The notes under the pieces were generated by a model. The model worked only from the letters and a program-made list of their open reading frames with translations. It made no database searches and was not told the DNA's origin. A DNA stretch of 61,898 bases, filler included, from Basidiobolus ranarum (lineage: Eukaryota), in the NCBI GenBank assembly GCA_040143965.1. It is 18 parts of 18 records of this genome, joined end to end, with 100 filler letters (N's around TTAATTAATTAA, not from the genome) between each part and the next. Parts side by side here need not be neighbours in the genome. Positions count along the whole stretch, not along the records: positions 20,740 to 24,089 come from JASJQH010002552.1; positions 24,190 to 27,536 come from JASJQH010002553.1; positions 27,637 to 30,981 come from JASJQH010002554.1; positions 31,082 to 34,423 come from JASJQH010002555.1; 14 more parts are not named here. The stretch is one strand, 5' to 3'. Position numbers and translations under genes: made by a program. Positions 22,638-34,279 of this stretch are shown here, piece by piece (position 1 is the first letter of the stretch; each line of letters opens with the position of its first letter).

Positions 22638-24089
22638 CCCTAACTGAAATTTGAGGATTGTTATTGCAGTAAAACTGTCCCAATTTTAATCCATTTGGGA
22701 TTAACCATTTGCTTACCATCATAAAATTGTCAAGTTAGATTTGATTTTAATCAATTTTTTCAGTTTCTGAAGTGAAATTTCAAGATCTCACCTAATAGTT
22801 GCACATGATTGGCTACAATCTCAGCAAACTACGGATCAATGCATGTGTGAAAAATGTAACACAAATTTTACACATTTACCACTTGAATGCTGATTTGTCA
22901 CCTTTGAAATTCCTAGTTTCATCGATATATTCTCCTGATTTTTTTTATAGAGTTCTTCATACTCAAAATTTGTCTCATATCCTACCCAAGTTTGTATCAA
23001 TATCTCCATCAAAGCCCACCATTGTATTAATGTTGCTGAATCAACATTCTTCCAGCTATCTGGTGAATACCCTGCAATATTGTGCCACTCTGTACTAAGT
23101 TTTTCCCAGATATCTTCATGGTCAACACCAGACTCAATGTCAAGTGGAATGTTCTTCTTCTGAAGCCACTTTCTGCATATGTGCACTGTGTTTTTCCCTT
23201 TATACTTTTGAAAATACTCCTCAAGTACTTTGACCATTTTCATACATCCTTATAGTGTGACACTACTGAGGGTACTTTGTGGTGTTTGTGCAACTTTTTG
23301 CTTGCCTTCAGCTTTAGGGCTAATTTAAACACCTTGAATAGTACCAGTTGAGGTTAGAGAGTTGTGAGTTTTATTTGCTGGGGTTTTGGCTTGTTGAGAG
23401 GTGCCAGGTTTTGGATAAACTTTTGAATTTAGCACTTTTCCAACTGGTGTACCTGGATCCATGGTGAAATTAAGCTTTTTTGCTAGTATACCTGACTCTG
23501 GAATTGCGGAACTTTGTAATGGTGTGAAAAATTTGGTAAGTGGGATGGTTGAGCCTAAACTCACTGGCTCCTTTACTTTTCCCTAGGGTTTACCAACTTC
23601 CTACTTGTTGAGTACTTCTTTAGCTGCTTTTCTTTCTTTTCCAAGTCAGTAATTGCATACATTTTTCAGATGTTTCATGAACAGGCCCACACTAGCCCAA
23701 TTGCTGTTTGTTTGCAAAAACCCAGGATACACAACATGAAATAAGTCGAGATCCTTCAGATTGATGCCTGGTTTTTGGTTTTTCCACAATTGGCTCAAAT
23801 CCAGGTGATTTTGGGCACAATTCCTCACAGTTTCCAAAATGTTGAACCACTCATCTTCAGAGCAAGTGACGGCAGCTCTGACATTCAGAGTCTTTTGGTT
23901 TGCCGGTTTTCCTGTGAGATTTCAACTCTCATGTGCCCAAGCAATTTTGGGTTTTTGTGTAGGATTAATGGTCTGACACATATTCTGCTCTGCTAGATTG
24001 TCACAGTGATGTTCATATGTATGGTGTGCAATTGATTGAAATCCCATATGAGAATGGATGGAGGGAGCAGCATGTTGCTGTTGCTCAAG
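22638..24089 (-). mobile_element. Repeat carrying unclassified degenerate ORF (ORF-X) ending in a CCCTAAC terminus
   Basis: Copies at 26518-27536, 41403-41609 and 56366-57096. Shared peptide VLEEYFQKY..KNTV..CRKWLQ.KNI.LDI.SGVDH.DIWE. Homology stops at CCCTAACTGAAATTTG (22638). Confidence 0.75.
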
Positions 24090-24189
24090 NNNNNNNNNNN
24101 NNNNNNNNNNNNNNNNNNNNNNNNNNNNNNNNNTTAATTAATTAANNNNNNNNNNNNNNNNNNNNNNNNNNNNNNNNNNNNNNNNNNNN

Positions 24190-26251
24190 TGAAGTGCCCA
24201 AGACAATGCCAGAAGTTGTAGTACATTTATCCCAAACCAGGAGATCAAATTGGTTCAGAAATAGGCCTGAATACTATATTAATGAGTCTCAAAATTGGGC
24301 CTATGCCTGACTGCTCAAATACATGAGCCCCAGACTGTAAAAGAGGCCCTGAATGGCCCTCACACAAAATTTTGGAGATCTGCAATGGCTGATGACTACC
24401 AGGACTGGATTGATAATCAAACTTGGATTTTAACCAACTTACTGGATGATAAAAAATCAATTGGCTGCCAATGGGTGTTTAAGGTTAAATACAACTCTGG
24501 TGGCAATATATAAAGGTACAAGGCTAGACTGGTAGCCAAAGGCTATTCCCAAACACCAGGAATAGATTATACAGAAACTTTTGCTCCTATAGCAAATTTA
24601 ATTCAATTGGATTGATTTTAGCAATTTCAGCTAAATATCAGTTTATCATACATCAAATAGATGTTAAACTACCTTTTTCTATGGTGAGCTTGCGGTGGAG
24701 ATCAATATGGACCAGCCAGATGGATTTGTAGACCCAAAAAACCCTGAAAAAGCTTGCAGACTCTGGTAAACACTCTATGGCTTAAAACAATATTCAAGAG
24801 CTTGGAATGGCAATATAGATGCTTGTTTGGAAACACTCAAATTCCAAAAGGGTAATGCTGACTATAGTGTCTACCTCAGGCCAGATTAGACAAAGCCAGT
24901 TTTATTAGCCTTATATGTAGTTGATCTTATTATAGCAACCAATGACTTGAAGACTTTGGAGAAAACCAAATCCAGCTTATCTGCCAAATTCAAAATGACT
25001 GATTGTGGTGAACTGCTGTACTATCTTGGAATCCAAATTAAGATAGATAGAACTACCAAAAAAATCACTTTAAACCAGTGTAAGTATATCCAAGATATAC
25101 TAAAGAAGTTTAAAATGGAAGAATGTAATCCAGTATCTACCCCAATGCAGACAAATCTTAACTTGACCAAAAATGGCTCAAATCAGGTGTTTTTGGATTC
25201 AAATGAAAGCCACAAATATCCTTATCAATCTATGGTTCATAGTTTGATGTATATCATGGTTGGAACAGGGCCATAAATTGCATATTCAGTGGGAGTGATG
25301 TGCCAATATCTTCAAAATTATGGATTTGATCAAATCATAGCAGTTAAGTGGTTTCTTGGATATTTGAAAGGTAATGTGAATCTATGCTTAAAATACCCAT
25401 ATTCTGGATCAAATTTTGATCTAATGGGTCATCAGATTCAAATTGGGGAAGAGATATTGAAGTCATGAGATCTACAACAGGATACTTGTTTCTTTGCTAT
25501 AATGGAGCTATTTCTTGGAATTCAAAGAATCAACCTACTGTGGCACTTTCAACAACAGCAGCTGAATACATGGCTGCCTGTGAAGCAATAAAAGAAGCAA
25601 TATGGTTAAGAAAACTATTAACAGATTTGGGTTATTCTCAAAATTCACCAATTACAACATTGCAAGTTAATCAAAGTTGTATCAAATTAGCTAAAAATCC
25701 CATGTTTCAGAATAGAAGCAAACAAAAAGATAATAAGCATCACTTCATGGGAGAGACTATAGAGAATAAGTTTATTAACTTAACTTATTGTTCTATAGAA
25801 GAAGTGATTGCTGATATATTAACCAAACCATTAGCTACACAGAAATTTGAGAAATTTAGACCTTGATTAGGATTAGTTTCTACAACTAATTTGTTGAGGA
25901 AGAGTGTTGAAATTAGCATTGCCTAAACACTTATATAGTATATATAGCATAGTACTCAGTTATCTTATGATTTACTAAGATATTATCAATTATTCTAAAT
26001 TGGAATTTAATTAGAATATTTTTACCAACTCAAAAGTTCTCAGATATGTAGATTTTTTAAACTTGTGCTAGAAGCCCCAAACTTTGCACACATGTTCCTG
26101 GGACCTACCTTAACACATTCTACATGTTAGTTTGCTTACATATTGACAAAACAATAAATGTCAACTTTCTACGCAATAAATCAAAAAGTGAATACCTCTA
26201 ATTCCTCTAATTCTCCAAACCACTTCCAACAGGCTCCCAAATACTTTAACA
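24190..26251 (+). mobile_element. Ty1/copia family A, 3' part (RT, RNase H, PPT, 3' LTR 25905-26251), pseudogenised
   Basis: [72 protein letters not shown]...TTTAACA, 347 bp. Confidence 0.94.
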
Positions 26252-26405
26252 TGAATACCATCAAAATACCAACAAGAAACCATCATCACACCATCAGAAT
26301 CCCTGGCAGAATGCAAGCCACCAATTTTATGATGGTTCTCTGATGGTTTTGCTATTTTGGAGGGTTGACCTGATCTGGATCAAGTTGATTTTATTTTTGT
26401 TTGGG
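26252..26405 (+). mobile_element. Subterminal region and terminus of the CACTA/CMC element, directly abutting LTR-A
   Basis: Matches 14370-14523 and the reverse of 2572-2730. Ends TTTTTGTTTGGG. Confidence 0.65.
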
Positions 26406-26517
26406 TGTGATCATCAGAATCTTCAGTATTTTAGTACAACCAAAGTTCTCTATCACCATCAAGCAAGATGATAATTATTTTGTGCCAGTTTCAACTTTAT
26501 GATTACATATTGATCAG

Positions 26518-27536
26518 CCTTAACAGATATTTGTGGATTGTTATTGTAGAAAACCATCACAATTTTAATCCATTTGGCATTGACTGTTTACTCACTGTCA
26601 TAAAATCATCAAGTTAGATTTGATTTTAATCAATTTTTTCAGTTTCAGGAGTGAAATGTCAAGATCTCACAAATTAGTTGTGCACAATTGGATACAATCT
26701 CAGAGAACTATGGATCAACATGCGTGCAAAAACATAACTCAAATTTTACAGAATTACCACTTGAATGCTAATTTGTCCCCTTTAAATCCCTGGTCTCTTA
26801 TATTTATTGTCCTAAATATTTTTATAGAGTTCTATGTACCCAAGGTTTAGCTCATACCCAACACAAGTTTGTATTAATATCTCCATCAAAGCCCACCATT
26901 GTATCAATATTGCTGAATCAACATTCTTCCAGCTATCTGGCAGATACCAAGCAATATTGTGTCACTGTGTATTAAGTTCTTCCCAGATATTGGCATAGTC
27001 AACACCAGACTGAATGTCAAGTTGAATGTTCTTCTTTTGAAGCCACTTTCTGCATACTTGCACTGCGTTTTACCCTTCATACTTTTGAAAATACTCCTCA
27101 GACACTTTGACTATTTTGTATGTCCTTGTAGTGTGACACTATTGAGGGTGCTTTGTGGTGTTTGTGTGGCTTTTTGCTTGCCTTTGCCTATGGGATTCAA
27201 TTCAACACTTTGAAAAGTACCAGTAGAGGTTGGAGAGCTGTGAGTTTTATTTGCTGGTATTTTGGCTGGTTGAAAGGTGCCAGGTGTTGAATAAACTTAA
27301 AATTTAGAACTCTTTCAACCAGTGTACCCAGTTCCACGGTGAAGTTAAGCTTTTTTGCCAGCATATCTGACTCTGGAAATGCAGATCATTGTAATGGTGT
27401 GAAGAATTTGGTAAGTGTGACAGTAGAGCCTAAACTCACTGGCTCCTTTGCTTTGCCCTGAGTTTACTAACTTCCTGCTCCTTCAGTACCATTTTAGCTG
27501 CTATTCTGTCTTTTCTAAGTCAATAATTGTGTACAT
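26518..27536 (-). mobile_element. ORF-X repeat copy with terminus
   Basis: Colinear with 22638-23660. Begins CCTTAACAGATATTTG. Confidence 0.75.
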
Positions 27537-27636
27537 NNNNNNNNNNNNNNNNNNNNNNNNNNNNNNNNNNNNNNNNNNNNTTAATTAATTAANNNNNNNN
27601 NNNNNNNNNNNNNNNNNNNNNNNNNNNNNNNNNNNN

Positions 27637-27916
27637 ATCTACACTCCATTTGGTTCTTCGCCTTCGTGGTGGTGCCAAGAAGAGAAAGAAGAAGACTTAC
27701 ACTACCCCTAAGAAGATCCCTCACAAGCACAAGAAGGTCAAGTTGGCTGTTCTCAAGTACTACAAGGTTGATGAGAACGGTAAAATTACCCGTCTCAGAC
27801 GTGAGTGTCCTTCTCCCGAGTGCGGTGCCGGTGTCTTCATGGCCTGGCATCACGATCGTCAATACTGCGGAAAGTGCGGTCTTACCTATGTCTTCAAGAA
27901 GGACGGTGAGAACTAA
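27637..27916 (+). CDS. RPS31: Ubiquitin-40S ribosomal protein eS31 (S27a) fusion, 5'-truncated
   Basis: [12 protein letters not shown] followed by [15 protein letters not shown] and the C4 zinc finger [15 protein letters not shown]...YCGKC. Confidence 0.98.
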
Positions 27917-28256
27917 ATTTTCGCATGTTCAAACTTTGAATAAAGCTCAACTTTTCACTATATCTGTTGAAAATGGCTGGATGGATGGATGGATGTTAAT
28001 TAATATCCTTAGATTATTACATGCAAAGAAATATGCTTGTTGGTCATTTTAGGATGGAGCGGTGGCCATCTCTGTTCTCTAATCAGATCGGTCAGTATAG
28101 ATAACACTACAAATCGAAGCATGATTGGTGACAAAAGCCACTTTATGTTTAATTCATTACTGTACATAGAGCGAGTCAAGTGCAAAGAAAAATAGTTGGT
28201 TGTGTGTATATACACTATGACGAAAAATATATACAAAATTGAGATCAACACAGAGA

Positions 28257-28755
28257 TCACCATTTTGATGGGACACTCTGACGACGCTGTATGTTAGGAA
28301 CTTCACAACTAACAAATGCCTCAGCCTCGGTATCCGCAGAGAAACGTCTGGGCTGCTGTGGATTTCGTAATGTCACCATATCGACCAAAATCTGTGCTGC
28401 CTCCATCATTTGCACTTGCTGATGCTTTGTTAGGTTGAATTTAAGGCAGGTTTCCCAAGACTCATGGTGCTCCCAAAAATGCTACGATACAAACATGTCA
28501 GACGTCACTCTACTAAGAATGACCCATATCCAATATATAGCATATTCTTACCTTGAACAGACAGTTCCTATGCTTGTACTTTTTACCACACACGCTACAG
28601 GTATGTATGGTGCGAAAATTGGTGGAGCTATTTTGAAGACGTAGTTCACTTTTGTTGTGGAGGTTTTCTCGAGCTGCTTTCAAATGAACTTTGAATGTAT
28701 CCTCTTTAGAAAACAGGAAGTTGGCTTGGCTTTGGATACCGCTGAAGACAGTCAT
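28257..28755 (-). CDS. Small single C2H2 zinc-finger protein (142 aa; exons 28755-28552 and 28481-28257)
   Basis: Splicing out GTAAGA..TAG (28551-28482) gives HTCSVCGKKYKHRNCLFK|HFWEHHESWETCLKFNLTKHQQVQMMEAAQILV, a conserved fungal C2H2 + KHQQVQxxEAA pattern. Confidence 0.88.
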
Positions 28756-30186
28756 TATAGTAAAGTGGCCAGTACAAAGGGGAAACGATAAATGTGATTT
28801 GATGAAAATGAGACTGTCCAACCCACCACTTATATACTCTTTCCATAAATTGACTAGAAATTTTAGGAATTATTCAAGACGAGGAATCATTGGTGGTGTT
28901 GGATAGAAATGATGAATTGATTGGTGGGTGGAATTAAAAAGGGACGTTGTATTGATTTCCAAAAAGTTCAAGAAAACCCATCACTTACTTGATATCAATA
29001 CAAGGTGTTCCAAAAATTTCTACCATTCATGATACCTGGCCAATAGTGGTTGGGAAGCTCAGAAAACTTTCCATGTCACACTTAAACCAGTATGGTGAGA
29101 ATGCGGAGTTATGGTAACTTTCTTCTCTATGCTTCGTCTCTAGCATGATGATGGTGAATGTCGGTTAGCTTGGATATTTATATTCGATTGTTTTCCATTA
29201 ATTTTAAGTGTGTCGGTGTAGGGTTTGGTAAGTAGTAATGCGGTGGTGCAATGTCCTCAACCGGTTTTTCTCTAGTTTGTAAGAAAATGAAACAAAGACT
29301 GATGCATTTGAATTTGCATCCGCATCCGCATCCACATCCACTTTCTTAATACTCTCAATAATAGGGGCATTACTAACAAATTACAACATGCTAAAGATGC
29401 CTTATCGATTGGCCCAATTGGTGGTCACTTGACATTATGTATTCTTAATTGATCACGATTTGCATGAAATAGGGTTATCATGTCTAGAAGCAACATAGAA
29501 ATAGGGCTCTAATATTTATTACTATAGAAGCAACACTTGTCCGTCAATCGGTCCATGAAAAGGAATAGGGAAAGGGAAAGGAAACCTAGATTAATGAAGA
29601 ACTACTTTCTTTAAATTGTGACCAATCAGATGGCACTTTCCTAGTTGCTTTGAGTAATCCCAAATAATCGCACCACTGATACATGGCAATCTCCGAAATT
29701 ATCTTGATTTTCAGCCTACACTTAACCAATAAGTAGTGATGGTTGTCAGACTAACTGCTTTCCATTCTAATATACTTTCGACTGGTTGCTTCAGTAAATA
29801 TTTATTCGGGAGTGTTAAAATTTAATTTAAATCAATCCCACTGTATTATGTTTAGCATTCCAATATATTATGTTCAACTGGGTGCTTTACTTTGTTACCC
29901 ATGTTTTCCAACTACTATAAAAATCCTATGGAGGTAGGATTAGGGTTGATTGTTGAGGTTCATAGGTCACTACATAATTATTCAATATTTGTTTGCCTTG
30001 ACTATTAATTGAAACATAGTGAGTGAGCATTGGGTGGTTCCCCAACATTTTCGAACTCCTTTAACAAATCGGATTCAATATCTATGCGGTACCTGACAAT
30101 CCAAATCATACATTCTACATTCTACATTCCACATATTACTTCATTACTAAATTTCCCATCCAAGTTGATAAGGTTAACCTTACAAC

Positions 30187-30981
30187 TGTTGAAATTAACA
30201 TAACTTAGGCATCTATATATTCATATATAGCTTGGTATTTGGTTACTCCATAGTTCACTAGATTGGACCCGCTATTCTCAAGGAATCTACTTGCAAGTTT
30301 GAAGATATATAAATTTTTCAAACTTGTTCTAGAAGCCCCAAATGTTGCACACTTATTCTTTGGACCTCCTTCAGCACATTATGCTGAAATTAGCATTGCC
30401 TAAGCACATACATGGTCATATATAGCTTGGCATTTAGTTATCCTATATTGAACAAAGATATTGTTGAAGTATTTGGGAGCTTGTTGGAAGTGGTTTGGAG
30501 AATTAGAGGAATTGGTGGTTTTCACTTTTTGATTTATTGAGTAGAAAGTTGACATTTATAGTTTTGTCGAGATGTAAACAAACTAACATGTAGAATATGC
30601 TAAGAAAGGTCCCAGGAACATGTGTACAAAGTTTGGGGCTTCTAGCACAAGTTTGAAAATTCTATATATTTGAGAACTTCTAAGTTGGTAAAAATATTCC
30701 TAGTAAATTCCGATTGAGAATAATTGATAATATCTTAGTGAGTTATAAGATAACTAAGTACTAAGCTATATATGACTATATAGATGTTTAGGCAATGCTA
30801 ATTTCAACACTCTCCCTCAACTAAATACTCATATAAACTAATTCTAATAAATGTCTAAATTTCTCAAATGTCTGTCTAGCTAATGGTTTGGTTAATATAT
30901 CAGCAATCATGTCTTCTGTAGAACAATAAGTTAAGTCAATAAACTTATTCTCTATAGTCTCTCTAATGAAGTGATGCTTAA
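30187..30981. mobile_element. Nested copia LTR-A stack: diverged plus LTR (30187-30381), plus LTR start (30382-30461), minus 3' LTR (30462-30809) with PPT and RNase H end
   Basis: TGTTGAAATTA at 30187 and TGCTGAAATTAG at 30382. Minus-strand PPT GAGGGAGAG and IADILTKPL at about 30880-30910. Confidence 0.88.
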
Positions 30982-31081
30982 NNNNNNNNNNNNNNNNNNN
31001 NNNNNNNNNNNNNNNNNNNNNNNNNTTAATTAATTAANNNNNNNNNNNNNNNNNNNNNNNNNNNNNNNNNNNNNNNNNNNN

Positions 31082-31504
31082 CCCACCACCCCTTCCCCCT
31101 CCAGCCCCCCCAGCGCCACCACCATTCCCGCCCGCTCCACTGCCAGCGCCCTATCCTCCAGCTCCCCCGCCATTACCACCAGATTCACCACCATTTCCTC
31201 CTCCACTGCCGCCAGAGCCACCACCCTTTCCTCCTGATCCACTGCCAGCGTCATAGGCTCCAGCTCCTCCGCCATTACCACCAGATCCACCACCGCTACC
31301 TCCTACCCCACTGCCTGGTCCGTATGAACCAGTCCCTCCTCCGTTCCCTGGGGCACCTCCTCCATTACCAGCTGCGTGATCATTGATATCATAAGCTCCG
31401 ACCCCATTACCACCAGCGCCGTTGTATCCAGCGCTAGTTCCACCAGCACTTACAGTACAAGCAGCGGAAACGAAGAACAAAAGGGACGAAGCAGAAAATT
31501 TCAT
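31082..31504 (-). CDS. Secreted glycine-rich protein (possible cell-wall/surface structural protein), probably 3'-truncated
   Basis: Signal peptide MKFSASSLLFFVSAACTVSA, then G/S/N/A repeats with GAYD units. Gly-rich coding continues in frame past the TAG at 31153-31151. Confidence 0.8.
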
Positions 31505-33445
31505 AATTTAACAAGTATGGATTTATGATTCTACAGTTGAAATGTAATATGAGAGGAGATAAGGCAAAATGATCTATTTATATAGTTTTAATAATCAGCC
31601 ATCATGTTGGTAGAAGTAGTCGTTTAGCCACGTAACTTACATTAGCTCAACACAATATTGAAATAAATTTCCTTCCCCCTTAATCCTGCCCCCTCACTAA
31701 TTCCAAATTTTGTCGATAATATCACTAGAAAGTGGACAATTTGTCTCATTCTGTATATTTCAATATTTTAATCGTGTAGATCTTTGTGGATCTGATTTTT
31801 CTTGTTCTATTCTGAATATAGTTTATACATCCTTGAGAAGAAATTCAAGGAGCATTTGTTCCCCAAATTGCCCAGAAACACCGATCACATCGTGTTAGAA
31901 ATGCAAATGCGATCCGAATTATTTACCTTATAGTTGATGATTCTAACTGAAACAAGTTCACTTAGGAAATACAGCTACTGTAAAGTGGGTTACCGGTATA
32001 TGTTAGCACGATTTTGCGTGCCTTTCTAGTATTTTATTATATTTGGATATGTTACGGATTAATGGTATCTATGCTTTTCTTTTATATTGCTCAAAACTTG
32101 GGATTAGCCATTCGTAGGTAGCCAATATGACATTGAAAAGTGTTGCACAGCCTAGCCTTCTTACTAACTACAGCACATGTCACAACAATGTACTGCTGGC
32201 TCCCTTTCTCTCCTTTCTTTAGTTTACTTGATAAACAGTTTCTTTCAATAATAACTCGGAACCATATTGATCACTATGACAGAGGATTTTTCATTATTGT
32301 GCTTGAATATTACTCCTCTAAGACTAACTGAAAGGATATCACTTAATACTTTAGAGTAAACCCTCCTCCAGTATGGTCCATCAGCTGATATCTAAGAATC
32401 CCCCTAACTGACTAATTATCCAGGGGAATCAGTCAATACACATTGGTGATTGAACCAGTTTGCAATTAAATATACCGTTGGAATTCACTAACCATAGTTA
32501 TAAGGGAATTAAATAGAGGTCGGCCGTAATCAGCACTATTTCTCACTCAACCTCATTGAAAGTATAGATGAGTATATAACAAATACAGAATTGACTTGCC
32601 ATCGACTGTATCTCAGCTGTCCACAATTTGTAGCTAATTGTAAGATTCCTCCACTACAGGAACTAGTTCCAAGACCTAGATATTCTATTACACAACCCTT
32701 TTTGTTGTCTCATGTGTTATTGCATTCACTTCTGTAGCACTCTTAAAACATAATTAATGCGGCATCTAGAGACGTCCTTGCGATATTGTTAGATTATGGA
32801 TAAAATAAACTATAAATAGTTAAAGATAAATGAATTATATACACATAAATAAACCTCTCATTTATGAGTCCTGTTACACAGATTGAACGTGTGAGACTAA
32901 TAATTGGTTGAATAAGAGAAAACAGAACTAATGAAATAATATTACTTGGTAAATACATGGATGAGTTCTTCATATGTTTGTACTTAACCACCAAAGGATG
33001 CATTCCCATATATGCCAACATCAATCAGAATGACCTTCATCTTTTAATGTAAAGTAAATCATCCCTACACTATGTTGTATTTCTAACAGACATTCAAGCA
33101 GCATAAGTATATAGACAAATATAGAATTGTAGAACAATGGTCGGTACTCTTAATTGGAGGCCATGCATGAATGAGTGCTTAGAATTCGCCTTACATATTT
33201 TCATTATAGAGTACTTGACAGTTACATCTAGAGTATTCCGCATAGAATTTAAAACATGAAAAACGAAACACTCTCTGGAAATCAGATAATCCCAAACCTA
33301 TTACCCAAAGTATACTGGACCATGAATGTACTCATCTCCTATACTGTAATAACAGCACCTATTCGCCACAGTTTGCAGTAATACTGGTAAAATGTCTTTT
33401 TATTTTTAGATATAATTTAACCGGATATGTACATTACAGTTTCAT

Positions 33446-33736
33446 TTAGTTGGAGTTCGCGTCCATACGAATATCTCCCTTGGTGGCTCCTACCTTACCC
33501 TCAGCTTGCATCTGTTCGTTACCAATGGCTGAGCCAACAGTGTCTTTGATATTGCCCTTCAACTTCTCACCAGCACCTTGGGCATATCCTTGGGCCTGGC
33601 CAGCCTTGTACTCGGCATCAGCTTGAGTTTGTTTGGCTGCTCCTTCAGCTTGCATTTGTTCATTTCCGAGAACACTTCCAGCGGTTTCTTGAACGTAACC
33701 AGTAGCGTATTTAATGTTAGCGTTGACTTTATCCAT
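33446..33736 (-). CDS. CsbD-like/LEA-type hydrophilic stress protein (Hmp1-like), 96 aa
   Basis: Two internal repeats GxxxETxGSxxGNEQMQAEG. TATAAAAA about 60 nt upstream. Confidence 0.85.
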   Translation of the reverse strand: MDKVNANIKYATGYVQETAGSVLGNEQMQAEGAAKQTQADAEYKAGQAQGYAQGAGEKLKGNIKDTVGSAIGNEQMQAEGKVGATKGDIRMDANSN

Positions 33737-33826
33737 GTTGAATTGATTGTAGTTCGAGTTTAAATGGTTTGTTCATCTAATTATGACACCAACCTTTTTT
33801 TATAGCATATTAGCTTACAAACATTC

Positions 33827-33909
33827 TTCACGAAGTTTCCAGGTGACGAAAACCGAACCGACTATCATTTCCAGACTCCTATTCTCTTTATGGAACTCCA
33901 CTGACGTAA
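33827..33909. promoter_or_regulatory. Heat-shock element plus CRE/ATF site upstream of the CsbD-like gene
   Basis: Perfect TTCacGAAgtTTC at 33827-33839 and TGACGTAA at 33902-33909. Confidence 0.5.
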
Positions 33910-34223
33910 TGTATACATCTACTCCCTATCACATGTAAAATAAACCAAAAAGAAATTAATTCCAATATTACTCAATCGATTATTGAAGTTTCGTTGAAAG
34001 TTATTGACAACATGCAATATTATTAACTTGGAAAGGACAGGAAAAGCTTAAGAGTAAATAAGCAATAATCTCTGAATCGTTAATTGTGACTAATGTCACC
34101 ATCCTATATATTGTGCGAATGTAAAGATTATTTTGTACGTATTTGATTGTTACTACTGACTGGTGTGCTCGGATAGTATCCTTACCCGAATTTGGAGCAT
34201 TTCATTCAGTCAGGTCTCCATCA

Positions 34224-34279
34224 TACTCGGCATCTGCTTGGATTTGTTTAGCAGTACCCTCAGCTTTCATTTGTTCATT
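34224..34279 (-). pseudogene. Diverged partial duplicate of the CsbD-like gene
   Basis: 56 bp colinear with 33609-33664; NEQMKAEGTAKQIQADAEY versus NEQMQAEGAAKQTQADAEY. Confidence 0.6.

Noticed and set aside
29316-29341. (GCATCC)n microsatellite; also (GGAT)n at about 27979 and (AT)n at about 36419
   Set aside because: Short simple repeats with no evidence of function.
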